DNA of 45,154 nt, the filler included, from Jimgerdemannia flammicorona (taxonomy: Eukaryota), in NCBI GenBank assembly GCA_003990765.1. It is 2 parts of 2 records of this genome, joined end to end, with 100 filler letters (N's around TTAATTAATTAA, not from the genome) between each part and the next. Parts side by side here need not be neighbours in the genome. Positions count along the whole stretch, not along the records: positions 1 to 22,530 come from RBNJ01001254.1; positions 22,631 to 45,154 come from RBNJ01001255.1. The stretch is one strand, 5' to 3'. Below are positions 11,847 to 24,124 of this stretch, piece by piece (within the stretch, counting starts at the first letter, position 1; each line of letters begins with the position of its first letter). The position numbers and the translations under genes were made by a program. The notes beneath the pieces are model-generated. The model was not told the DNA's origin and did not search any database. It was given only the letters and a program-made list of their open reading frames with translations.

Positions 11847-14800
11847 CTACTCCAAAATTCCCCCCCCGTTCACCGTCGTTGTCGCCCTGGGGCTCGTCAG
11901 TGTCCTTGGCGGTATCGGGACGGCTGCAGCCTCCACGGCCATCGCGGTTTTTTTCCGGTCCTCCAGGTATTCGGAGTAGGCTGTCCATAGCGTGCGTGGG
12001 AAGATGGCGATGGCGCGACCGGCTTTGATGAGCTGGACGGCGAACCAGAAAACGAAGGCGATGACTAGATGGGGCAGAATAGCTACGTGGTTAAGTTCCA
12101 AGCCGACTGGAAGAATGCATGCGAAGAAAACGACCTAGTGCCCGAAACAAACTTACAGGTGAGCACGTAGGACAGCGTCGCGTACCCGGCGTCTAGCCAA
12201 GGGTTCTGTGCGCGTTTGGCGTTGATGGCCGCCACATCGTCTTCAAGCAATTTCAACTACAGAAGTCAACAATCCCAGAATGAATGACGGATAAGTTCAA
12301 CGGTCTGTACAAAAAATGTATATCATCACCCCTCCCCACTCACATGATGATAATACTCCTCTGATATCTCCAGTGTCATATCCTCAAATTTATCCAATGT
12401 GATCCTCATCTCCTTTGCCATATCCTGCAGTAACGTTTGCGTGTCGCTTACATTCCTCTCCAGCAAGTCTATGTCAGTTTTAAGCGCGCCGACGCCAAGC
12501 TCAGTCTCCTCAAGCGTGTACTCGAACGAGTTCAGGCGCCCGTACGGGGTGCTGAGGAGGATCGACGGTGCTCGCTTATCCGGTAAGTACAGGTCGGGTC
12601 TCGGCGTGGTAACGTCGTGTGGCGAGGAGGGTGGGGATAGCTCGGGAGAAGAGGTGTACACTTGCTGGGTTTCGGGGCGGGAGATGACCCAGTTGCCCAT
12701 CTCGTCAAGGTCGTTGAGGCAGAGATCGTCCATAATGTCTTGATGTTTCGTTAGGAAGTGCTGGAAAGATATGTGATGATATATGTTAGGTTGGAATTGA
12801 AGGATAGATTATTTCATTTCTCATCTTTTATAATAGAAGCTTTAGCACTTATATAGAGGATGATGAACGTACCTCACTCTCCGTCAACGCCTTCTCCGCC
12901 AAGTCAATCTGGGTCGTGAATCTTTCCAACACGCCCTTCATTTCCCCGTGTTTACTATAACAGAGCACAAAAAGACCGTTGTGTGAGAAGCATCCATCAG
13001 ACGAAATCGAGTCAACATTGAACTCTAAGAGTTATCAGCGTGTGTTAGGGGGAAGGGGAGAGCTCACCTTTTATAATCCTTGTCCGATTCGCCGAGCATG
13101 GAGACATGCAGGTGAATCAAGGAGTCTGTATGCAAAAGCAGATGTCAAACGGATTACGAGTTAGTCAGAGAACCAATTATTGCGCATAGGATCCGCAGGT
13201 TCCATTAAATAGAGTTCAACCAGAAACGAAAAATGGACGAATTTCAAAAGAGACGTATCACATCTTACCGTCGAAATAGACATATTTAGTGAAACCGATG
13301 TCATCGGCATCGCTCGCATCGACCTCGACTAGACAAGAACCAAAATGAAAGTGCAGCGTTGATGACAAAGACAGATAATGCATGGCAAACCTGTCGCCAA
13401 AAACACTCAAAAAATGTCACCACCACACCACTGCCACAACCTACCAACATTCCCTTTGCCGGCCCTTTCATCCTCCTCATCGTTCTTATCCAAATCACCC
13501 TCCTCCCGATCCCCGTCATCCTCCGTCTCTGTCTCCGTTTCCGTCTCCGTTTCCGCCTCATCATCATCCGTCTCTGCTCTGACCCCCTGATCCTCCCCAT
13601 CTTCAAACCCACCCCTCCCCTTACGCCTCCTCCCTCTCCTTTTCCCGACCTGCACCACTCTTCCTTCCAACTTCCTATACTTTTCCACTAGTCCCACAAC
13701 CTCACTCGACACGGCCTCTAAATCCACCTGCACGACCCTCCGCCGCACGGGCTCGACTATCTCCTGCGTAGGCGACTGCGACCTCGACAGCTCGCGCTCG
13801 TCGCCTGCCGTGCCGCCGGGGTCCCGCGGACCCTCATCGGGAAGGACAACGGCGGCCCCCGGGAGGAATCCAGATTCATGGCTCTGGAGCTTCTTGATTT
13901 GCGACTGCCTCGGCGTGCTCGGCTCGACGCCATCGGCGGCCAGTTCGGAAGCCCTGGCACCGATCTCGGATAACGAGGGGCGAGTCTCATCGTCGAAGGA
14001 TGAGCGCCCCGACGGAACGAACTTACCGCGGAAGAATTCGACCGAGCTGCGCTTTTCGAGCGAGAAGGGGCCGCCGTGGCCGGTGCGGTTGCTTGAGGAG
14101 TTGTCGGATTCCTGAGCAAGGGTAACGATGCAAAACAAAAAACAAAAAACAAAAAACAAAAAACCGTGATATGAGCGTATTAAACAAATATCACCGTCCA
14201 ATCGGGTAAACAACCAACGTTCAACAACACCCCGTCCTGATAAACCTAATAAAAACCGAAAGCTAAACTCACCACATCACTCTTCTCCTTCTTCCAAAAT
14301 CCCCACATATTCTTCTTCTCCTTCTCCCCCCCACTCTCTCTCTCCTCCACATCACTCCTAAACGTCACGTCCTCCGCGCTCTCCTCACTCGCACTCGTCC
14401 CATCCCCACCAGGTACCTTCAAAAAATATGGCTTCTTCCTCCCACCCTTCTTCTTTGCCTCCTCGGTCGCCGCCGCCGAAACCGGCGTCTCCACACGCTG
14501 CGTATGATCGAAGGAATGTCTCCTCGTGGGCGGCAGCGCAATGATGGACGCGTCGTCGCGCTCCATGGCCGCGAACTGCGAGGGCGCCGGGTGCGTGCCG
14601 TCCATTCCCAGGAAGAGCGGTCGCTCAGCGACATCACCGAGGGTGCGCAGGACAGGCGAGGTTGTGCGGCTACGTAGGTCTGGACGAAGTGAGACGGAGG
14701 TGGTCGAAGATCGACGTCGCGAGCCGTGGGCGGTTGCGGTGGTCAGGCTGTTACTTGCGCGTGGCGGTGGCGGGAGGGGCTGGGAGGATGCATCGTGGGT

Positions 14801-17019
14801 GAGGGAAATACCGAGGGTGGCGGCGATGCGATCGCTGGCGGAGAGGCTTTGGGAACTTGAGGCGGATTCGGAGCGAGGCATCTTCTCACCGCCGTCGGGT
14901 GGGATTTGTTGCGGACCGGGGGAGTGACGGGCATCCTCCTGCGGTGCGGTGGGGGTTTGCGGCTCGTCCTCCTCCAATAGCCTGTTTACGTGCGGGAGGG
15001 AGGTGTGGCGATGGTGTTGCTTCTTGAGCAGGTTACTCTTATCCTTCTTGAACAGTGGGATATGCCACGTCTTCCTCTTCTCCTTTTGCGCGGGCAAATG
15101 GGCCACCTCGTTCTCATCCTCCTCTTCCTCCTCATACCTCTCCTTCGTCGATACATCCAGCGCCGAATGGTTCTCCCTCTCGCTTACCAGCCCCACCAAT
15201 CTCGACAGCGGGCTCGTGGCGCCGAACCTCCCGTCCCCGGTGCGAGGGTCCAACTTTGGCGACGGAGGCGGCGAAGGGGAAGGGGACGATACGGGCGAGA
15301 CACTGGCTGAGTGCGACAGCTTGAAATTGAGCCCCTGGGCTCTGACGGGCCTGGGTTGCACCAGGTGGCTGTTGGGTGGTCGCGGAGACCGGGGGGGGGA
15401 ATCAACCCCGCCGCTACTTATTCCGCCACTCGCCTCGCTCTCAAACGACTGGAACGAGAGCGGCGATGCAGGCGGCTGCGGCAGTACTACCATCATCTCC
15501 GGTGGAATGTTCACTCCCGACGACGACCCCTGGATCTGGATCCGAGGCAGCTCCTCCAGGCTGGACCGGTCGTCCTCCTCCAGGCTACGACGCGGCACCC
15601 TCTGTTTCTGCGACGACGTAGACGATGATGCTGCGAGAAGGGCCCGCGGGTTGGAGGCGCGGAGCGTGAGGATCTCCTTCTGCGGGTTTGCCTTGCGCCA
15701 CGCTTCGTCCTCCTCCATTTCGTCTGTGGTGACGAGCCACTCGCTGACCTTCCTTCGGCGGCCCAACAAGACGCCCGAGGCCGTGTGGCGGACCTGGCGA
15801 TGCGAGGAGGGGCGAGTCTCGTCCTGAGGATAGACAGATGCGTAAAGAGGGTCGGCAGCGAAGGAGTCGGCAGCTCGAACGGCACGGTCGCGGAGGGCCT
15901 GGAGGGGGTTGTAGGGCTCGCCACGAGCGATGGTATCAAAAATGTAAGCGTACTTTTGGGAAAGTGAGTTCTTGAACTTGCGGGAGAGGGCAAGCGTGTT
16001 TTGTGATGGGTGGAAGTCCGGGTCATAAGGGATGGAATCGTCGTCAGTGGTGGTGGCGAGGTTCGGGTTGGATTTGCTGGGGGAGCCGTCCTTGCGTGAT
16101 GTGGAGGTGATGGTGGCGGGGGATTGTGATTTCGGCTTTGGGTAGTGAGGTTTAGTTAGTTGGGTGAGTTTTAAGATATCGTCATTGGAGATTTTGCCCA
16201 GGAGTTCGCCAATCGTTTCTAGAAGTGTGTGTAGAAAGGAACGTCACGGTCGAGAGAAAGGAGGTATATGTTAAGTCGCGTATGGTTAGCTTCTAAGAAT
16301 CTATTCACTATCCTCCCAGATCAAAACACAACAGCGATGCATATATCCTCCCCCCCCTTCCCCTAATCCTCTTCCCCAATCCTCCCCAACCTACCTTCCT
16401 GCCTATCTTCATCCAACAAGCTACCGAATCCCTTCCCCGCCAATCCAATTTTCTCCCTATCGAACGCGCGTATCCTCTCCTGCTGTGGCGGCGACAGTGT
16501 AGTCGACCCCCAAACCTGCGGACCGGCAAGATCCGTTACGGACCCATTTGATCTCCTCCCACCCACAGACTGCCTCCGGGCAACGCCAGTCCCCGCCTCA
16601 GGCGTGTGCCAGCCGGCGCCGTTCACGTTCTCCTTCGCCTGCTTTTGGTGTGTGGACGTCAATGCGCGGCTCGTACGGGCGCTGTGAGGCTTGGAGGAGA
16701 GTCGGTCGTCCGAGGAGGTTGGGCCCGAATCCAGGGAGCTAGGGAGCGTGTTCTGGAGGGAGGCGGTCGAGCTAGTAGGCGAGGAACGGAGGGACGAGGG
16801 TGTTTGGCGTGAAGGGATGAGGTCCAGGTCTGTCGGTTGGGAGGCACGGCGTGGAGAGGAGTGTGGGGGGGTGCTTATGGTGGGTTTGGAATGTGGGCGG
16901 TGGTTGTTGGTGGGGGTGGGGGTGGTAGTGGGGTGGGAGGTGTCTTGGGAGTCGTCTAGGTTTCGGGTTGTTTTTGGGTTGTTGTGGCCGTAGGAGAGGG
17001 CCCTTCTTCGGGAAGTCAT
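11847..17019 (-). CDS. MTC4: Mtc4-like protein (~1390 aa, 9 exons), mostly disordered, with C-terminal coiled coil and transmembrane segment
   Basis: Hand-built GT-AG exons: 17019-16395, 16218-14273, 14111-13445, 13328-13269, 13125-13068, 12954-12873, 12760-12344, 12256-12157, 12064-11847 (4173 nt, phases consistent). Motif YNPLQALRDR followed by W-x-V...W, and C-terminal 'WLDAGYATLSYVLTFIAFVFWFAVQLIK', resemble fungal Mtc4 as I recall the family. Gene structure is firmer than the name. Confidence 0.65.
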
Positions 17020-17500
17020 GGCATTCTAATGATGGTGGGGGTTGTGATGAAATGGAACAGGAGCACAGTTGGGCGGAGGAGGCGGAGGGAGGATTTCTCG
17101 TTTGCTTTGAATTGCTGAACTTTCATGTGCAACCCTGGCTGTGGCCCATATCGGGCAACGTCACTTGACCTCCCCGCGCGGTTAAAAAGACTATGCCCAA
17201 TCCATCCGAACACAAACAGGTTCTCCTCCCCTCTTGGGCTATCCTCCCACATACTCACACATACCCACCGCCTCGCTGCCTGCGCATAATCATCCACCAG
17301 GAGACAATATCATTCCACCATTCTCAATACAAAAAACAATGCAGCCACCACATGTCAAGGGGCCAAACCATATGCCAGTCCCCGTGAGTTGTCATGTTTC
17401 AATCCTCAAATATTAAGCTCCAGATCTTCGTAATGTGATATGGAAATTATAATCTAATTAGCTAGTGTCAAGTCATAATTCCACACCGCCTCACTGCCAC

Positions 17501-17604
17501 ATAGCACAAATAGCACAAATAGCACAAATAGCACAGTCTAATTCTCTTATTGGGATTAATTCTCTTATTTAAGATGGGATTAATTCTCTTGTTTTAAGAT
17601 GGGA
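17501..17604. repeat. Short tandem repeats: (ATAGCACAA)x4 and a ~25-bp GGGATTAATTCTCTT...AAGAT duplication
   Basis: Seen directly, between the LRO1 stop and the upstream region of the Mtc4-like gene. Confidence 0.8.
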
Positions 17605-17665
17605 TAAGGGGGGAAATAGACACAGCCTTCATGATTTTCCAGCCTGACATTCTCAACATCACTTC

Positions 17666-20557
17666 TCATGGCAGATGCTCGATTTCAACCCTATCCCCAT
17701 ACTCCTTCATGTCCGAATGGTAGCGTTCGTCGACACCATCCGGTCTGTTGCAGACAATCTTGAGGATATCGGCCTGTTGAGATCATCGGGATGGCAAAGA
17801 AGAAATGGATGAGTAATGTGGGCCAGACATCCTGCAAATACAACACGTCACTCCCAATCCACACACCGTCATTTCGTGGTTTCCCAGGATATTGACGTGA
17901 TCGGAAGCCCTGTTCCCGCCGCGGATGTCGAGCGCACTCGCGCTGGCCTCGTGTAGGTATTCGCGCGTAATGATGGGGCTGCGCGCCGGATTGTAAAGGT
18001 CAGCGTGCGTCGTCCAGCCCGAGGCGCACATGTATCCGTTGGAGAGAAGAGGAACCGTGCCGTCGCTGTTTTATGGGGGTAGTAGGGTTGTAGGACGAAT
18101 ATGCAGGGACGAGAAAAAATGGTAAGGTCAATAAAGGAAAGAATTAATTAAAATAAAGCTTACCCTTCACCAAAATGGACGCCAGTGTTGATCTTGCTGT
18201 CTGGGTCGTGCACTCGGCCGTCGATGTACTGTAATTCAGGAAGGATGGAGACCGCTCAGTTTTGTCTCGGAGACGTAGGGGATAGACAACTAAATAAACA
18301 CATAGGTCGGATCTCCAACCAAAAACCATAGCATAAATCGCTACATAAAGTTCTATGCCGCGCGAAACCTCCCCCGCGCGGGAAAAACTTACCACCTTTG
18401 GCGGGAACGTAAACTCCCCGGGCCTTTTGGGGCTCTCACCTTCATCATGAGCCAAATTCATCGCGTTCGTCTCATTCAACCTCTCGCAAATTTCTCCCTC
18501 GTCCTCCGACGCCCTGCACACGAGTTTGACCTCGCCGTTCTCCAACTCGCTTCTCGTATAGAAATAGCTCCTTTCCGTCTCGACCCCGACCCCATAGAAG
18601 CAGTACACGCGCATACTCGGTGCTAGCGGCAACCTCGATTCAACCGTATTAGTCCATTTCCTTGGATCCATCTCGTTCTTCTCAATCTCCTTCTTCGACA
18701 TGGTAATTCCGAACGAGTAATTGTTCTTCAATAGCTCATGGTACTCGGGCGACGTGCTCTGATGTAACAGCTCGATCCCCGTGAGTGCCGTATGGTTCCG
18801 GATAATAGTTGCCTGGTCGCGAGTGCCCTCGCGGCCCAGAGCCGGGTCGTCAACGACATCGTAGTTGACTTCCGACGGGAAGGACAGCAGGTTACCGTAG
18901 GAGACGTCGCGGCAGTGCGGATGGCGGTCGTCAGGCGCCCAGCTTAGGTTGCCCCATATATGTTCGCCGCCCTTGGGCAGCATGGACGACCCGCCGGCCC
19001 AGGACCGGAAAAGGTCGGCGCGTTCGTTCTTGGAGAAGAACTTTTCAAGAATGTACGCACCGTAGCTTCCTAAATCCATCGTATCGCGCGTCTCGCCCGA
19101 TAGTAGCGCCGTCAGACCCTTGGGCACGCCCATCATCGGGCCCGCAATGTTGATGAAGGATTCTATGTGGTCCTCGGTCCAGTTGGGACCGGCGTTACCG
19201 CCCAGCGGACTCTCTACCCACTTGAGGAAGTAATAGAAGACGAGCGAGCCCATCGAATGTGCGATGATGACACTCTTGAGGCCTTTCCACTGTCTCGAGT
19301 GCTCGATGTCCTGTTTAAGCCTGGAGAAGTAATGATCGCGGTGCTCCAGATTATCGAAGGAGAGGCGCCAGTCGTAGGCCGCCAGATGCATGTTGTTGCT
19401 GTCATAGCCGACGACAGCCAGGTTCTCGATGATCTTGCCCCAGATCCAGTAGCTGAGAAATTTGGTAGCGGAGTGAGTTAACAATGTATAAAGAAAGCAT
19501 ATGGGGTTATACTATTGCAAATCCTCGAATCATGTCTCACAGGATGAGATCAACTTACCCGGGAACAAAATAATCAGCGGCATCGAGACCTGTGTTTCAC
19601 ATGAAATAAACAACGGTACTTTAGTCAATAGATTAATGAGTTTTCCTCTTCTTCTCTCACAATGTCACTCCATACGTCATACTGCCTCTCTCTTTGCAAC
19701 CATACGGATGTCTGTTAGGCTGATTTTGCTCAGCCAAATTACCCTGGGAAGCCCTTAGTTTGATGCCTGGCGGGTCAAGCCCAGTTACGGGGTCGAGCTT
19801 CAAGTGCTTTACCCAACATTCCTTGTCGGTCAAAACGGCGCGGAACATGGCTGCGTAATTTTGGCGAACGATTAGTGTCATTTTCATCCGATATGATTTA
19901 GCAAGGGTGCCTCGGTGGAACCGTGCTCGCCACCCAATCCTACACCAGAAAATCGCACTCACTCAACGTGCCCCACATCCTCTTCCTGAAGTACTTGGCC
20001 GAACAATCACTCGTGCCCCAGCTTTCCAAGCCTGAGGACACGATCCCGGGGATCAGCATGACGGGGAAATGGGGCTCCAGTCCCAGTTCCTCTTTGAGCT
20101 GCAGTGCGGGCTGGAAGGGCTGCCCATCGCTCCCGGGGGGGGGTTTCAGCAGGTTCGTGAGGTTGGCCATAAACTCCTCGACGAGCAGTGACTGGGGTAG
20201 CAAGGTGGGGAGGTCGAGCTCAGCGAAACTGAGGGCGATATAGTGTTGGAATTCTTCGAGCTGTAGGCGGGCACTTGGGGGGGCCATGTAGAGGGAGAGG
20301 GCAATGAAAACGCCGGCGAGGACACCGAAAACAAAGTGGAAAATCCTGCTCTTGTAGAATGGCCGCGCGGGTTCGAAGATGCGACTGTCGCTGAGAATAT
20401 CTTCGGGGGAGAGCGGCTCGGGTCCGGCATTTGCGTCGCGCTGGCTGGCGGAGGGGTTGGAACGGTTGGTGAGGATGGTGGTTGAGAAGGAGGTGGCGGT
20501 GGTCGCGGCTGTGGCAGGGGCAGGGGCCCTGGACTTTTTGGCGCGCCTCGTTGGCAT
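17666..20557 (-). CDS. LRO1: Phospholipid:diacylglycerol acyltransferase (LCAT family), ~721 aa, 7 exons
   Basis: Exons 20557-19963, 19850-19743, 19589-19559, 19452-18393, 18228-18164, 18065-17867, 17773-17666 (2166 nt). N-terminal TM; PVMLIPGIVSSGLESW; LDPPGIKLRA; AAYDWRLS; AHSMG nucleophile; GEGDGTVPL; DHVNILG. Confidence 0.95.
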
Positions 20558-21042
20558 GGCGGGATGGGGGTGTGGTAGGAGGAGAACGTTAGCGCGCCTT
20601 TTATAGTTTGATTGGAAAATGCCCTAAATGGGTTTGGGATGACATCATCGCATGTCAGAGATATACGTATATAATTATATAACCACATATGTGGATGGCT
20701 TCTTTTCTTTATTCGGAATGATGTTCGCGAGCTGATTCTCGCACATCCCAGACCACAAAATACTCGGGTCTCAGCGCAAGTGCCCAGCGGTGCGGGGTCT
20801 CTCTTTCTGATGAAAGCACGGGGACGTTGTGCAAGAAGGATGCGCAATGCCGAGGATGCAGGTTTTTACCAGAGAAAATTAAAACGGGGTCATGTGATCT
20901 GGATTTGGCGGTGATTTTGGCACGGTGGGTGGGTGTGCGAGAATGTGGGAGAGAGTGGATGATGAGAAAGTAGGTTATGGGCATCTGGATTGGTTATGGG
21001 CTATCTGCATTGAAAAATTTCATCTCATTTGGATGGTGGAAA
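20558..21042. promoter_or_regulatory. Short divergent intergenic/promoter region shared by LRO1 and VPS23
   Basis: Head-to-head gene arrangement about 0.5 kb apart. No specific sites assigned. Confidence 0.5.
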
Positions 21043-21121
21043 ATGCTGACGTCCACGAGCCCAAGTCAGCGGCCTAGCGTCATCCTACTTCCTTCAGTCA
21101 CGCCAAGCAGCCTCTTCCCCC

Positions 21122-21203
<82 letters not shown>

Positions 21204-22530
21204 ACGAAACTGGCTTCACACTGTCTTGCAGCAGGTACTCCCCTCCTCCCTTTCTTCAAGTGTGCTAAAGTCTACTTAGCGCAAAACTGCCCCGAGTTGA
21301 TTTTCAGAAGTTTACCCGTCGACTCATCCTGTTCGGCCCTTACCTTCCCTTATGGCGACGAAATCTGTCAGTACCGAGAACACGAACGGACCTTCCGGGA
21401 CGTGGACGCGGTGCTGCAAATGTACAACTCTCTGAAACCGAAGATGGACACTTATAGTACGTCTTGAATCGACCACCTTCTCGCACTCGATCGCTTCAAT
21501 ACCGTAGGTTCTGGGTTTCTGCGGGATGACGAGGTGTCTTTTCAATTTGGCGGAGACCGCGGTGTTTGGAAATGGGAATCTCATGACCCTGTGTGCGGTG
21601 TCATACAACTCGGATCGTCACCGCCAAGATATCGACCCCTCCACGGCCACCTCCATATAGACCCCGAATGATTGGCCGAATGATCGGTAATCCGTCTCAA
21701 CTACACAACCCGTCTTACTCCTCTCCTCCCCCCCCCCCCCCCAGCCTACGACAACGGTCACACGCAGCTTCTGCTCTGTCTCTACGGCACCATCCCAATC
21801 ACCTATCGCTCTTCGCCGTACAACATTCCCGTTGCGTTCTGGGTCCCCTCAGAATACCCACACTTTCCACCCATCCCTTATGTTAAGCCCACGAGCAACA
21901 TGCTTGTGAGACCGGGGAAGTACGTCGACGTGTCGGGGCTGTGCTATCATCCATATCGGGCGAGTTGGAAGGATGATGTGAATGTATGTTGTGGTCATCT
22001 TTATGTTGGGGGTTGTTAATGTCGTGGTTCTTGGGTGGGGTTGTCAAACGAAGTGCGATAGGCACGGGGTCGATCATGTTCGATTAAGGCTTGACAGCTT
22101 GTCGCATCGGCATCCACGCGCATTCTTTACACGCCATTCTTGTTGATCCCTTTGAAACATTACATTACTCTCTCACCCGACAGACCCATAACATCGTCGA
22201 ACTCATCTCCATTCTCCAACATGTCTTCGGCCAAGAGCCCCCTGTCTACACCAAGCCCACCTCTGGGCCACCGATCCCGCCGCTACCATCCAGCGCCGCC
22301 TCCACCTCATCCCTCCCAGGATCTGACAGTGGAAGTTCGCCCATCGTACCCAGTCGATCGACAGGACCCTACTCGGGTACCTCTACGACGCCGCCGCCGC
22401 CACCACCGTCGTTGCCGCAGTATGGATTTGGGACCGCATCGCAGAATGGCCAGGAGGTTGGGAGGGGGACAACGTTGAGCGAGAGTTATTATAACATTAG
22501 TCAAGGGATGGGGGTATGCATTTTTTTTTT
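21043..22530 (+). CDS. VPS23: ESCRT-I subunit Vps23/TSG101, N-terminal UEV domain and Pro-rich region (3' truncated at the gap)
   Basis: Exons ~21043-21234 (start uncertain because of poly-C), 21372-21456, 21745-21983, 22184-~22455. Translates to NWLHTVLQQ/YREHERTFRDVDAVL...LLCLYGTIPITYRSSPYNIPVAFWVPSEYPHFPPIPYVKPT...YHPY...FGQEPPVY. Confidence 0.9.
21123..21203 (+). repeat. Poly-C homopolymer (81 nt), length probably unreliable
   Basis: Seen directly. Confidence 0.85.
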
Positions 22531-22630
22531 NNNNNNNNNNNNNNNNNNNNNNNNNNNNNNNNNNNNNNNNNNNNTTAATTAATTAANNNNNNNNNNNNNN
22601 NNNNNNNNNNNNNNNNNNNNNNNNNNNNNN
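22531..22630. other. Artificial 100-nt contig linker (N44-TTAATTAATTAA-N44)
   Basis: Six-frame stop linker centred in Ns. Confidence 0.95.
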
Positions 22631-22904
22631 TTTTTTTTCACATCTCTTACCATCTTCAGTATCTCTATTATCTAGCAAATAAGGCTAAATATAGTATATG
22701 GAAATATATAATCTATATAGTAGAATGTGCAAGTTACCTATACATTACAGCTATGTCTAAGTTCTGAATGATTAATTAGACTATAGCCATATGTACAATA
22801 ATTAACAGCCAGATAACCAACTCTATCCCAGTATCTAGTGCCATAAGCTCTATCAACTAAGCCTTATAGGTATATAACATAGGGTGAGTTTTTGAGCTAT
22901 CAGC

Positions 22905-23536
22905 CTCTATGACTGAACTCTTATAACTATTTTATTTTATTTTATTATCTAGTTGGCAAATATCTCTATAATTGAAGACTGATAAGTATTTTGTTATTTT
23001 ATCTAATTGGTAAATATCTCTATAACTGAAGTCTTATAACTATTCTATTTATTTTATTATCTGGTTGATAAATATCTTTATGACTAAAGTCTGATAATTA
23101 TTTAATTATTTTATCTAGTTAGTAAATGTCTCTGTGACTGAAGCCTTATGATTATTCTACTTATTTTATTTTATTATTAATTAGTGAAAGTCTCTGTGAC
23201 TGAAGTCTGATAACTATTCTATTTATTATCTGGTCAGTAAATATCTCTGTGACTGAAGTCTTATGACCATTCTATTTATTCTACCTAGTCAATAAACATC
23301 TCTGTAACTAAAGCCTGATGAGTATTCTATTTATTTCTGATTAGTGAACATCTATATGACTGATGTCTAATATATAACTATTTTATTATTTTATTATCTA
23401 GTTAGTAAATATCTCTATGACTGATACTATATAGCCTTTTATATTATTTAGTTGATGAATATCTCTGTGTCTGATGCCTTATAGCCATTTTACTTACTTT
23501 ATTTCATTATTGATTAGTGAATATCTCTGTAACTAA

Positions 23537-23540
<4 letters not shown>
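22905..23540. repeat. Degenerate minisatellite, ~11 units of ~55-67 bp
   Basis: Recurring core ATCTCTRTGACTGAAGTCT(T/G)ATRACYATT followed by an AT-rich linker and TCTRGTTRGTAAAT. Confidence 0.85.
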
Positions 23541-23614
<74 letters not shown>

Positions 23615-24124
23615 GTTACTTGGACTTTTACTTTATTACCTCTATTCTATATTATATTAATACAAAGGTATGTATATACTCTTCACCCAATCTCATACAG
23701 AAACTCTTCTTCTCTATTTTTTCTTCTCTTTCTTCTCTCTATCTCTTTAGAGAGTTACCAACCCCCTAGTAACTCCAACTCTCCTTTGACTCTTTCTGTA
23801 AATATACTCCACAAGTCTCCTATGGAGTCTCCCTCTAGGTCTCCATCCCTGCCATCAACTATTTAAAATGTCCAGCAATAACTATTCTTACCTCTCAACT
23901 TATATCCCAAGTATCAAATACTGATCATTCTCAAATACATAAAGTTAATATCTGGCAAGCCCAACCTAAATAGTCAGAACTCACCCAATAGTTAACTACT
24001 TATCTCCAACCCCTCTTACTAGCCTTCTCTAGAGATTTCTCCTACCTTCTATCCTCCATCTCTCCAAAAGATAGCACTCTCAGCCAATTCTCAATTATCC
24101 TCCAAAAGTCTTCCATAATCTCAC
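23541..24124 (-). mobile_element. LINE 3' end with poly(A) tail (host of family A insertions)
   Basis: Poly-T 23541-23611. 23870-24124 resembles 100-360 (CEIMEDFW... after the zinc finger). Confidence 0.85.

Noticed and set aside
14526..15827. Long plus-strand ORFs (up to 292 aa) opposite the Mtc4-like gene
   Set aside because: Shadow ORFs of a GC-rich exon, with no motifs.
20977..21279. Poly-proline protein ORF
   Set aside because: It arises from an 81-nt C homopolymer of doubtful length overlapping VPS23 exon 1.
21352..21460. ATG 21352 as the VPS23 start
   Set aside because: It is out of frame with the UEV exon starting at 21372; the upstream NWLHTVLQQ exon fits better.
22905..23540. CRISPR-like repeat/spacer appearance
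   Set aside because: The linkers resemble one another, the repeats are degenerate, there are no cas genes and the context is eukaryotic.
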